Assembly: GCA_964427405.1 (NCBI GenBank) | Contig: CAYRUB010000007.1 | Coordinates: 25,364-89,363 of the forward strand | DNA length: 64,000 nucleotides | DNA from: an uncultured Planctomycetales bacterium | Lineage (GTDB): Bacteria > Omnitrophota > Gorgyraeia > Gygaellales > Profunditerraquicolaceae | Direction of reading: 5' to 3' | Part shown: positions 19,443-28,098 of the stretch, one piece after another | How positions within the stretch are numbered: the stretch's first letter is position 1 | How the letters are laid out: every line of letters starts with the position of its first letter | Translations under genes and position numbers: made by a program | Notes under the pieces: generated by a model | Told to the model about the DNA's origin: nothing | What the model saw: the letters and a program-made list of their open reading frames with translations, nothing else | The model's database searches: none

Positions 19443-19562
19443 ATTTTGTTATCTAAATTCATACTAACGCCCCTTTTTTCAGGTCGAGTTTATTCTATCG
19501 CTCTATTCTAGTTTTTCAACTAAAATTATGGTTATTATTGGCATTGTTTCTGACGCGTATTT

Positions 19563-19612
19563 GTTACGCAATAATATCATCTCCAACGAGTTACGTAGAC
19601 TGTCTACAATCC
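19563..19612. repeat. Copy 2 of the ~50-bp dispersed repeat
   Basis: Matches 16281-16330. It lies directly 3' of the DUF45 gene stop. Confidence 0.65.
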
Positions 19613-19615
19613 AAC

Positions 19616-20140
19616 TTACAATCTAAAACTGCCTACAGCGATAAGATACCCTTTAGCCCTCTCAGCGAGCTTATAGCGGTTTACAATATCCCAGAATGCC
19701 TTGCTATGGTCAGGGGCTACTAAATGCGCCAGCTCGTGGATAATAACATAATCCCTTACCCATTGCGGCATACTGCTTATGCGGTGCGAAATACGGATAG
19801 AACCGGTGCGGAAATTGCAGCAGCCGAACCTGGTTTTCTGGCCGGTGACGTATTCAATGGAATTGACTTTAAGTTTATTTTCAAAATAACGCTTATTAAA
19901 TTTTTCTGCCCTGGAGGCGAGATTTTCACTTTTATTCAATTCTTCTTTTAGATGCTTTCGCTCAATTCTGGCTTTAAGCTCAGCAATAACTTCCTGCAAA
20001 CGGATTTCCGGCATGTTTTCCGGAGCCCTGACAACAAGAGTATCCCTTACCAGTCGCGCGCTTACGCTGCGCCTCCTCTTTTTGCTGCGCAATATTTTAA
20101 CCGCGCTTATATTTACTGGCATATTTTTTAAACTCTCCAA
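19616..20140 (-). CDS. YgjP/DUF45-family zinc metallohydrolase (M48-like HExxH)
   Basis: 174 aa with a HELAHLV motif in the DUF45 context. Confidence 0.75.
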   Translation of the reverse strand: MESLKNMPVNISAVKILRSKKRRRSVSARLVRDTLVVRAPENMPEIRLQEVIAELKARIERKHLKEELNKSENLASRAEKFNKRYFENKLKVNSIEYVTGQKTRFGCCNFRTGSIRISHRISSMPQWVRDYVIIHELAHLVAPDHSKAFWDIVNRYKLAERAKGYLIAVGSFRL

Positions 20141-20141
20141 A

Positions 20142-20501
20142 TTAAATTATTTCTTCATCTTCTTTACGCCAGGCAGGATCAACAATACACAAAAACTCCA
20201 AATTTGACTTACCGGTGTTTTTTATATACTGGGTTGAGCTTGGCGGAATATAAATAGCGCAGCCGCTGTTTACCTTTGAAATTTTTTTATCTACATGCAT
20301 TAAACCCGTCCCCTTCAAGATATAATATACTTCTGTTGTTTTAAGCTTGTGGGGATTTGTAATTTTTCCCGGCTTGACTACCGCATGCGCCAGGCTGTAA
20401 CGGAATTTAAAATTACCTTTGTCAACATGCAGGAGTTCGCGTAAAATCGCCTTATCGCCTGAAATAAACTTCGGACAATCCTTTAATTTTTTAATAAACA
20501 T
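20142..20501 (-). CDS. Cupin-domain protein
   Basis: 119 aa small beta-barrel cupin, abutting the upstream gene. Confidence 0.6.
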   Translation of the reverse strand: MFIKKLKDCPKFISGDKAILRELLHVDKGNFKFRYSLAHAVVKPGKITNPHKLKTTEVYYILKGTGLMHVDKKISKVNSGCAIYIPPSSTQYIKNTGKSNLEFLCIVDPAWRKEDEEII

Positions 20502-20505
20502 TTAT

Positions 20506-20850
20506 CTAAGCAGAAATTACTAAAAGGCTTAACAGGAAACTAATAATGCTAAAAAGTATATACCCCCAGAAAGCCGGCCAGAAACCCGTAATCACGAAGC
20601 CTTTGACAATTTTAGAGACAAGAAGAAAAAGAGCTCCGTTGATAAAAAGAGTGAATGCTCCCAAAGTAACGATATTGATCGGCAGTGTAATCAGGATGAT
20701 CAAAGGCCTCAGGAAAGCGTTAATAATCCCTAATATCAAAGCAATCACCAGGACAGTGGCGGTGCTTGAAACTTCTATTCCTTTTACAATGTGCGCGACA
20801 ATAAAAATCGACAGCGAACTAATTCCCCATCTTACTAAAAATTGCATCAT
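20506..20850 (-). CDS. 4-TM membrane protein, phage-holin-like family IV (DUF360/YvlD-like)
   Basis: Hydrophobic helices: FLVRWGISSLSIFIVAHIV...GIINAFLRPLIILITLP. The start is trimmed to an internal Met that abuts the upstream stop; the track ORF runs to 20913. Confidence 0.55.
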   Translation of the reverse strand: MMQFLVRWGISSLSIFIVAHIVKGIEVSSTATVLVIALILGIINAFLRPLIILITLPINIVTLGAFTLFINGALFLLVSKIVKGFVITGFWPAFWGYILFSIISFLLSLLVISA

Positions 20851-20851
20851 C

Positions 20852-22192
20852 TTAATCCTCCTTATTTTCCATTTCTTGAGCCAGGTAATCTTTTGTTTCC
20901 GCATGGACAACACTGCTTAAAACAAGCAATGAAATAAGATTCGGCAGGGCCATTAAAGCGTTGGCGATATCCGAAAACGACCAAACAATAGGAACTGTTG
21001 CCACAGAACCAACCATTACCACAACTACCCACAACCAGCGATACGGTTTTATCGCCCCATGGCCAAAGAGGTATTCCGCTGCCTTCTCTCCATAATACGA
21101 CCATCCAAGAATTGTGCTAAAAACAAAGGTTAAGAGCCCGATAGTCAAAACAATCGGCCCAATCATCGGTATCGCGGTAAAAGCTGTTTTAGTAAGCAAG
21201 GCTCCGTCTAAGCCTTTGGTCCAGACATTGGAATTAACCAAAACAAGCCCTGAAACAGCGCAAATTACCACCGTATCCCAGAATGTTCCGGTTGAAGAAA
21301 CCAAGGCCTGCCTGGCAGGATGTTTTGTCTGGGCGGCAGCGGCAACAATCGGCGCGCTTCCTAAACCGGACTCGTTTGAGAAAAGCCCGCGGGCCACACC
21401 GAAACGAACCGCCTCTTTCATCCCCGCGCCAAGAAAACCGCCTATGGCGGCCTGGCCGGTAAAGGCGCTCTTAAAAATCAGCATTATTGTCGCCGGTATC
21501 GTATCAAATTTAAGCGCCAGTATAACCAGACAACCCAAAACATAAAATACCGCCATTAATGGAACAAATTTTTCACAAACTTTGGCAATAGAATGTATCC
21601 CCCCGATTATCACCACTGCCGTGAAAATAGTAATAATTATTCCGGTGATCCAGGGCGAAATATGAAATGTGTCTTTTACAAGCACGGCTATGGAGTTAGC
21701 CTGCACCATATTGCCGATGCCAAATGCCGCGATAGCCGCAAAGAAAGCAAACATTGCCCCCAGCCAGCGGGACTTCATACCCAGCGCCAAGACATACATC
21801 GGGCCGCCGGAGATCATACCCTTCTTTGATTTAATGCGGTATTTCACTGAAAGCAACGCTTCGGCGTATTTGGTAGCGATACCAAAAACACCGGTCAGCC
21901 ACATCCAAAGAACAGCGCCCGGGCCGCCGGCGGCGACAGCCGTGCCGACACCGACAATATTACCTGCGCCGATGGTCGCGGCAAGGGCGGTAGTAAGGGC
22001 TCCGAAATGGCTTATATCTCCCCGGCCTTCTTTTTCTCTTTTAAAAGAAATTTTAATCGCCTTAAAAATATACTTCTGCACAAACCCGAGCCGGAAGGTA
22101 AGAAAAATATGCGTGCCCATCAGCAAAACAAGCATGGGAACGCCCCAGACATAGCCGTCTACAGTATTAAGAAACTTTTCGAATATTTCCAT
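20852..22192 (-). CDS. Alanine/glycine:cation symporter (AGCS family)
   Basis: 446 aa polytopic protein with AGCS-like sequence (GALTTALAATIGAGNIVGV). Confidence 0.85.
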   Translation of the reverse strand: MEIFEKFLNTVDGYVWGVPMLVLLMGTHIFLTFRLGFVQKYIFKAIKISFKREKEGRGDISHFGALTTALAATIGAGNIVGVGTAVAAGGPGAVLWMWLTGVFGIATKYAEALLSVKYRIKSKKGMISGGPMYVLALGMKSRWLGAMFAFFAAIAAFGIGNMVQANSIAVLVKDTFHISPWITGIIITIFTAVVIIGGIHSIAKVCEKFVPLMAVFYVLGCLVILALKFDTIPATIMLIFKSAFTGQAAIGGFLGAGMKEAVRFGVARGLFSNESGLGSAPIVAAAAQTKHPARQALVSSTGTFWDTVVICAVSGLVLVNSNVWTKGLDGALLTKTAFTAIPMIGPIVLTIGLLTFVFSTILGWSYYGEKAAEYLFGHGAIKPYRWLWVVVVMVGSVATVPIVWSFSDIANALMALPNLISLLVLSSVVHAETKDYLAQEMENKED

Positions 22193-22196
22193 GCTC

Positions 22197-23321
22197 TTAT
22201 TTCAACTCACCGGTTACGTCAATAAAATTTTGATGCCTATCATCTATTGCAAGAGACTTTACAGGAGTCCCCAGCTCAAAATTAAATGCCTTTAATTCCA
22301 CTTTTTTCCAGGCGGTATTTTCATAAGTTTTATAATAAAGAGTCAGGTTTGTCAAATCTTTGATAACTACCCATTGAGCGTATCCTTCCATATGGACAAG
22401 CGGAGCGGGATTTTCTTTAATCGCGCCTTTGGGAATATCGACAACGTTTAAGAGATGCTCTGCCAAATTTATTGCCCCGGAAACACCTTTCACAGGCAAA
22501 GCCGCATCCAGGGAATAGGCAACACGCACAAATCTTGACGGAGGCGTCCAGTCACCAGGCAGACCAAGCAATCCGCTGCCAACGCCGGTAGGCTCTAATT
22601 TCAAGCCGTTAAGCATCCTATCTTTTCTGTCATGCGCGTCTAAATTTATATAATTTCTCAAATTATTGATCTGCCACTGGAAATCCGGCCGGTTAGTCAT
22701 AACCCCGAGCGGATTATCATAAACCTTCACTTCTCCATCAATAAACTCAATAACCAGATTCCTTCCGCTGGCATCGTGCACAGCAATATGCATATATAGC
22801 TGGCCGCCGGCTTCTTTTAAGCTTCTACCTGCAACATTAATTTTAGGTAAAGCTTCTTTCACTTCTTCGACGGTAGCAAAATTTCCCATAATCCATGAAC
22901 CTATATCAGCAATAGTCACAAATTTGCCTGCCTCTGCCGGCTGATACTTTGCGCCTGTAAACATCAACGCGCCAAAAGCCAGCCCCTTTTCATTAAAACC
23001 CTCCACATAACAATTCTTTAGATTATAGGCATCTATGCCCAGAAAACCATATTTATTCATCCAGGATATACCTTTAACACCTTTATCGCCTATGCTGGTA
23101 AACTTCTCTCCGCCAGGGACAATGACAACGTTAGAATGAAGATCAACCGGGAACTCCATGGAGCGGCCGATCACCACCGTGCCGTCTTCGGCCTTAACTT
23201 GAAAATCCGTGCAGGCAAAAGACAGATTAACTCCTAAAGCCAAAAATAAGATTACCGCGATAAAAATTACCCCACTTTGTTTTCTCGTCATTTCTCCCCC
23301 ATTCTTCCGGCTAACAAACAT
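22197..23321 (-). CDS. Choloylglycine hydrolase / penicillin V acylase family Ntn-hydrolase (linear amide C-N hydrolase)
   Basis: A signal peptide followed by the SFAC|TDF nucleophile cysteine. The true start is probably the internal Met MTRKQ. Confidence 0.75.
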   Translation of the reverse strand: MFVSRKNGGEMTRKQSGVIFIAVILFLALGVNLSFACTDFQVKAEDGTVVIGRSMEFPVDLHSNVVIVPGGEKFTSIGDKGVKGISWMNKYGFLGIDAYNLKNCYVEGFNEKGLAFGALMFTGAKYQPAEAGKFVTIADIGSWIMGNFATVEEVKEALPKINVAGRSLKEAGGQLYMHIAVHDASGRNLVIEFIDGEVKVYDNPLGVMTNRPDFQWQINNLRNYINLDAHDRKDRMLNGLKLEPTGVGSGLLGLPGDWTPPSRFVRVAYSLDAALPVKGVSGAINLAEHLLNVVDIPKGAIKENPAPLVHMEGYAQWVVIKDLTNLTLYYKTYENTAWKKVELKAFNFELGTPVKSLAIDDRHQNFIDVTGELK

Positions 23322-23877
23322 TTGTTATTTTCAGCCTTTTAACACATTCATCCACGTTCTTCACAAAAGTAACCAGCTCGTTACAACAAGAAACCTTGCA
23401 TTTACTTTTAATTTTCTCGCTAAGCACCGGCTCTTTCTTTAAACAACACAAAGCCGGCTTCCAAAAATCGCCCAGCATAATTATCGGCTTAGGATTGATT
23501 AATCCCTTATTCAGATGTTCAAGCACCGCGGATAATTCTAATAATGTCCCGGTTCCGCCCGGCAGGACAATGAAAGCGTCGGCTTTCTTAAGCATAATAT
23601 CGATGCGCTCAAATAAAGTTTCGGCGACAATCTCTTCATCAATAAATTCATTTGCGCCTTTGTATAAAGGCTTCTCCCATTTATACCAGGTTACCCCAAT
23701 GGTCGAACCTCCGGCAGATTTAGCCCCGCGCGAAATATCCTCCATCGTTCCGCCGAAACCTCCGGAGATTACGGTTAGGCCAATCTGCGCCAACAATTTC
23801 CCCAACCGGACAACCTCCGCCTTTTCTTTCTTGCTTAAATCTTTATAACTGCCAAAAATACAGACTGTTTTAATCAT
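23311..23877 (-). CDS. LOG-family protein (TIGR00730; cytokinin riboside 5'-monophosphate phosphoribohydrolase-like)
   Basis: 188 aa. GGFGGTMEDISRGA and the PGGTGTLLEL motifs. The C-terminus is unusually Cys-rich. Confidence 0.8.
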   Translation of the reverse strand: MIKTVCIFGSYKDLSKKEKAEVVRLGKLLAQIGLTVISGGFGGTMEDISRGAKSAGGSTIGVTWYKWEKPLYKGANEFIDEEIVAETLFERIDIMLKKADAFIVLPGGTGTLLELSAVLEHLNKGLINPKPIIMLGDFWKPALCCLKKEPVLSEKIKSKCKVSCCNELVTFVKNVDECVKRLKITNVC

Positions 23878-23939
23878 GGGATCCTACATTATTTCAAAAG
23901 ATTAATTTTAAAATGACAATTTAATGAATGGCAACCCCC

Positions 23940-26693
23940 TTAAAACTTCATACGGTAGTAAGCGCGGATAATGTGCTGGGTATCGAGTGTAGTAAGACTG
24001 CCCCCGAAGGGATCCTGGGTATAATCAATACTACTGCTGTTAATATACCCCTCTCCGTATTCCAGGACCAGCTGGGCATCCTTGGAAAAAGAATAATAAA
24101 ACGACGAGAAGAAATTGTGGTGTCCGATCATCTTGTCTTTCCCTGCCTTAAGATTATCGACGTCTTTGAGCATGGAATAAACATATTTCAGGACTATGCC
24201 GATTCTTTCCGTAGGGGTGATCACGAATTCACAGCCGCCGTGGTTCATGTTTTCCGAGTTCTGCCCGGCGAGTTGAAATTCATTGTTGGTATAATCGAAA
24301 TAAATCTGGAACTTATCGGGTATAGGGGTTAATCTTAAGCCAGTCTTATAGATATTATAATAAGGATACGGCGCTTGAGGGAAATATCCCTGGTCGTAGA
24401 GATAGGCGACCTTCTCGCGGTAAAGCTTGCCGTTCTGGGAATACGTCGTCCAGCTGCTGGAATTATATATACCGTTGGGATAACTGCCGTAGGTCAGGTA
24501 ATAATCGTTGGTGATCTCGTATACTCCGTTCAAAGACATCCAATTGAAAAAGGCATATTCCAAGCCCAGTGAACCCGTGACCAGAGAGGGGTCTTCTCCG
24601 TCGGGAACGGCACTATTAAGAAAATATTCACCCGTATCGGAATCATAAAGAAAAGGGTCCACCCCGCCCTTGGTTAGCGGCAGGCAATGGTATATACCCA
24701 GCCCCTTAACGGTCAGCTTGTCGCCTACCTTCAGGGTTATCTCATCCCGCGCGACATTCTCGATGAACTTGCCGTTAACATTATGCACGTTGCGCATGTC
24801 AAAAAGGTTGGTCAGGCTATCCTGATACTGGAACTCTGTGCGAAAACCGACAGTATTCCTGCCGACATCTATGCCGTCTCCAATGCGAGTAGCCCACAAC
24901 TCGTCAAAATTCACCCCCGAACCTGTGCCCCCGCCAAAACGCCCATACGGCTTGCGGAAAGTAAGATAACGGGACCAAAACATATCGTCGCGGGTATTAG
25001 CGAAAGAGGAAAGCTCGGAATTGAAATTCTGGTCCATGTGCGCGCCGTAAAATTTGGTCTTTACCAGGAAATCCTCCTCCTTGTTCTTCCTGATGCCGTC
25101 ATAACCATACTCCACGTCTTTAAGGCTTTCCAGCGGATAACGGTTGACCAGGTTAAAATAATAAGCGTTTCCCCGGGCATCGCTTTTATATTCCGCGTTG
25201 GTCAGGTCGTATCTGGAAAACGAGGTGAGCACCTCACCCTGCAGTTTCAGGCCATCGAATATTTCGTATCCTAAATCCAGGCCGCCGACATAGTTTTCAC
25301 TGTCCAAATCCATACTGCTATCGGTAGTGAAACCGTGACGGGATGTAAAGGTCGCGCCAGCTACCGCCCTTTCACCGAGAGCCTGCTTGAGACGGACGGC
25401 GGCGATAATGTTATCCACCTCGCCGTAATCCTGCCAGAGATGTTTCGGAGTGGCCACAGTCGCGCTGAGAGAAGTAGTCTCCGTAGGCTGGCTGGAAAAA
25501 GAAACCCCGCGCAAGGCAGTCAGATAAGTCCCGCTGCCGTCCTTAGACAAGAAGGCCAGAGAATTGTCATAATAACCCTTGGTGAAATCAACAGGGGTGG
25601 TTCTGGTATTCACGTTGCCTGTCTGATAACGGCGAAGCCAAAGACTGTTCTCCCACCACTTATGGTGATTGGTAATATTCAAAGGGTCATCCGAAGTCAA
25701 GGCCTGATCCTGGTAAGCTATCGGAAACACCCTTACCTTGGTGCTGCCGTTGACATAATCAACCCAAAGTTCCCTGATCGGCTGAAACCCGGTGCTTATC
25801 TTTGTCTCCGGAACAGTTAAAGTATCCGGATAAGGATAAAAATTCCCGGAAACGTCAAAAGAAACGACTTTACCATTAACTATTTTCGCCTCCGGCAAAG
25901 CGAAACTATTGCCGAAAATCCTGGAATAAGCGATCTGGTTGACGGTATACTGGGTGCTCCCGCTGTATAAAAGCTGGAGATCAACTTTATCGTCGTAAGC
26001 AGTGGTAAGAGACATCGTATCGCTTTTCCCCGCGAAACTCCAGGGATCGACAACCAAGTTGGCGTGCACATTGAAACCGTCATCTTTATTGGTAGTATCC
26101 AGATTCAAGTTAAGGCTTTGATAGACATTCTTATTGTAAGTATTAAAACCGTTGTTCAACGCGTCGTAAGACTGCATCCTCCAGTTGCGCTCGTTCAAAT
26201 CGTAGTTGGAACTATTCCAGATGAAGTCGCCGTTGGAACTAACCCCGAAACTCAACTGGGCCTCTCCGCTAATCTTCATCCACTCCGTGGACTGTTTTTT
26301 CTTATCTCCATATCTATCAAGTGGTTTAGTCTCTGTTTTTAAAGGATCCACGGACTGTTCGGTTGCCTGACGGCCGGATTCCTGGCTTTCGAGATCCTTC
26401 AAGACGCTATCAAACGCCTCCTCCCTGGATGCAGCGGAAGGCTTGATTTCCGGATTACCGGAGGAAGCAAAAATCTCATTCACGTATTTCTTGGCGGTTT
26501 GGTTTTCCGGATCGGCAAACAATACTTTTTCAAACTCCGCCAGGGCTTCCTCGTATTTTCCCTGCTTGTAATAATTTATCCCTGATTCACAAAGGTATTC
26601 AACCGCCTGGCCAGAGGCTAAGGCTTGTTCAGTGGAAACGAGCAACAATAACGAACCCACAATGAAAAACACAATCAAAAACTTTCTCAACAT
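23940..26693 (-). CDS. Large secreted outer-membrane-type protein: N-terminal TPR motif plus a ~800-aa predicted beta-barrel domain
   Basis: 917 aa. Signal peptide, a TPR-like YYKQGKYEEALAEFEKVL, a Y/N/G/T-rich region of alternating hydrophobicity, and a C-terminal ...YYRMKF aromatic end. Confidence 0.6.
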   Translation of the reverse strand: MLRKFLIVFFIVGSLLLLVSTEQALASGQAVEYLCESGINYYKQGKYEEALAEFEKVLFADPENQTAKKYVNEIFASSGNPEIKPSAASREEAFDSVLKDLESQESGRQATEQSVDPLKTETKPLDRYGDKKKQSTEWMKISGEAQLSFGVSSNGDFIWNSSNYDLNERNWRMQSYDALNNGFNTYNKNVYQSLNLNLDTTNKDDGFNVHANLVVDPWSFAGKSDTMSLTTAYDDKVDLQLLYSGSTQYTVNQIAYSRIFGNSFALPEAKIVNGKVVSFDVSGNFYPYPDTLTVPETKISTGFQPIRELWVDYVNGSTKVRVFPIAYQDQALTSDDPLNITNHHKWWENSLWLRRYQTGNVNTRTTPVDFTKGYYDNSLAFLSKDGSGTYLTALRGVSFSSQPTETTSLSATVATPKHLWQDYGEVDNIIAAVRLKQALGERAVAGATFTSRHGFTTDSSMDLDSENYVGGLDLGYEIFDGLKLQGEVLTSFSRYDLTNAEYKSDARGNAYYFNLVNRYPLESLKDVEYGYDGIRKNKEEDFLVKTKFYGAHMDQNFNSELSSFANTRDDMFWSRYLTFRKPYGRFGGGTGSGVNFDELWATRIGDGIDVGRNTVGFRTEFQYQDSLTNLFDMRNVHNVNGKFIENVARDEITLKVGDKLTVKGLGIYHCLPLTKGGVDPFLYDSDTGEYFLNSAVPDGEDPSLVTGSLGLEYAFFNWMSLNGVYEITNDYYLTYGSYPNGIYNSSSWTTYSQNGKLYREKVAYLYDQGYFPQAPYPYYNIYKTGLRLTPIPDKFQIYFDYTNNEFQLAGQNSENMNHGGCEFVITPTERIGIVLKYVYSMLKDVDNLKAGKDKMIGHHNFFSSFYYSFSKDAQLVLEYGEGYINSSSIDYTQDPFGGSLTTLDTQHIIRAYYRMKF

Positions 26694-26805
26694 AATGTTA
26701 TGCGTAGACCCCCCGCGCGTAAATATGTGAATATTAAAGGTGAACGATTATTAATAAGTATTATAGTAAATTTACCGACGTTAACAAGAAAAAACTTTTG
26801 CCCCT

Positions 26806-26831
26806 AAAATAAAGGGGACGGTTCTATTTTT
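26806..26831. repeat. REP element, inverted orientation (aataaaggggacggttctatttt)
   Basis: Reverse complement of the 24-bp REP consensus aaaatagaaccgtcccctttatt. It forms an inverted pair with 26869-26893. Confidence 0.8.
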
Positions 26832-27582
26832 CTTGTAATTTTCGCACTCCTCGCGACATTTCATCTTTAAAAATAGAACCGTCCCCTTTATTTAAAATAG
26901 AACCGTCCCCTTTATTTTTTGACGGCCTTCCTCTATTTTCCCTTTTGTTATTTATCTGATAATATTCTTGGAGCTTATTGACAAAGGTTTGGCTACCAAT
27001 ATATAATTTATTCTCAAGTAGTTCTGAATTTATTATACTGCTGTCAACCACAAAATCAGCATATTGCCGCTGCCGGGATCTATCAGAATCGGATAAACCA
27101 CAGTAAGCCGGACTTTGAGTAAGAAGACTGTCTGGTATGCCTTTCGCGTAAAGGTTATAACTGGAAAAACGATATTCTGAAGGATGCGTCACTATGCCCG
27201 CCCGGACAGAATTAAGCTCGATGTATTTGCCGCATTGTAATAAATAAGAATCTGCCTCAATGATATTACTTTTAAATCTATCCTGCCATAAATGCCCGCA
27301 ATAACTATAGATCTTTCTATAATAGTAAAAATAGCTTAAATTAACCTGCTTCATAAATCTGGATAACATACTTAGCGAATTAATGAGCAGAACTAAATGA
27401 ACGTGATTATCCATAAGGCAATAGTGTAAGATATTTACCGCATTATAATCTTTCCATTGCCTTAATAAAGTGTAATATTTTAGTTTATCGTTATCACTAT
27501 GAAAAACGTTCTGGCGGTTATTGCCCCTGCAGATAATATGTAGAGCCGCATTAAGTGGAATAACCCTCTTTGTTCTTGGCAT
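26824..27582 (-). CDS. IS200/IS605-like Y1 (HuH) transposase; REP-associated tyrosine transposase (RAYT)-type
   Basis: HVHLVL (HuH) and a downstream catalytic-Tyr region (YRKIYSYCGHLWQDRF). The 3' end reads through the REP copies (translated KGDGSILNKGDGSIF), so the functional protein is probably shorter. Confidence 0.75.
   Translation of the reverse strand: MPRTKRVIPLNAALHIICRGNNRQNVFHSDNDKLKYYTLLRQWKDYNAVNILHYCLMDNHVHLVLLINSLSMLSRFMKQVNLSYFYYYRKIYSYCGHLWQDRFKSNIIEADSYLLQCGKYIELNSVRAGIVTHPSEYRFSSYNLYAKGIPDSLLTQSPAYCGLSDSDRSRQRQYADFVVDSSIINSELLENKLYIGSQTFVNKLQEYYQINNKRENRGRPSKNKGDGSILNKGDGSIFKDEMSRGVRKLQEK
26869..26916. repeat. Tandem pair of REP elements in direct orientation
   Basis: Two head-to-tail copies of aaaatagaaccgtcccctttatt. 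They lie inside the 3' end of the RAYT reading frame as called. Confidence 0.8.
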
Positions 27583-27634
27583 AAAACCCTCCTTCTACTG
27601 CTAATAGACGTAAAAGGAGGATAAATCTAACTAG

Positions 27635-27658
27635 AAAAATAGAACCGTCCCCTTTATT
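27635..27658. repeat. REP element, direct orientation
   Basis: aaaaatagaaccgtcccctttatt, 53 bp upstream of the RAYT start. Confidence 0.8.
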
Positions 27659-28040
27659 CCCCTATTTTCTTTTTCTCGTAATGCGCCTGCGCCTTGATTA
27701 CCTTACGATCAGGGCTAAAATAAAAAACCTCAACGGCAATCAAGCTGCCAACACCCCGATACTGGATTGTAATACTGTTTACTCCAGCGCAAACCGTCAT
27801 TAACTCAAAATGTAGATCAGGAGCCATTTCTAATGCCTTAGCCCAATAATCACCCACCGCGTCTTTTCCTTTTAACAGACCAGAAGAGTTGCCGGTAACC
27901 TTAGCGATCATCGGAGAAATCATCTCGAAATCATCACTATAATGAGAAAGAACCTTCGCCAGGTCATGGCTATTCCAGGCGTTAATCCAATCATGGGCAA
28001 AATCCATTGCGAATTTTTCTTCAATCATTATTTTTTGCAC
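27654..28040 (-). CDS. SnoaL/NTF2-like (DUF4440, ketosteroid-isomerase-like) small protein
   Basis: 128 aa. DFAHDWINAWNSHD and YSDDFEM are typical of NTF2-like folds. The gene is bracketed by REP copies. Confidence 0.6.
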   Translation of the reverse strand: MQKIMIEEKFAMDFAHDWINAWNSHDLAKVLSHYSDDFEMISPMIAKVTGNSSGLLKGKDAVGDYWAKALEMAPDLHFELMTVCAGVNSITIQYRGVGSLIAVEVFYFSPDRKVIKAQAHYEKKKIGE

Positions 28041-28071
28041 CTTCCGTAGAACCTAAAAACACTTCTATATA

Positions 28072-28098
28072 AAAAAATAGAACCGTCCCCTTTATTTT
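28072..28098. repeat. REP element, direct orientation
   Basis: aaaaaaatagaaccgtcccctttatttt, between the NTF2-like gene and the helicase gene. Confidence 0.8.

Noticed and set aside
20862-22225. Plus- and minus-strand ORFs nested in the AGCS symporter gene (e.g. 21114..21545, 21669..22154, 20862..21104)
   Set aside because: These are alternative frames of a confidently assigned transporter gene. GC-rich codon usage creates long spurious open frames.
24375-26342. Several plus-strand ORFs (65-195 aa) inside the 917-aa OMP gene
   Set aside because: These are antisense shadows of a long, well-supported minus-strand ORF. They have no start context or motifs.
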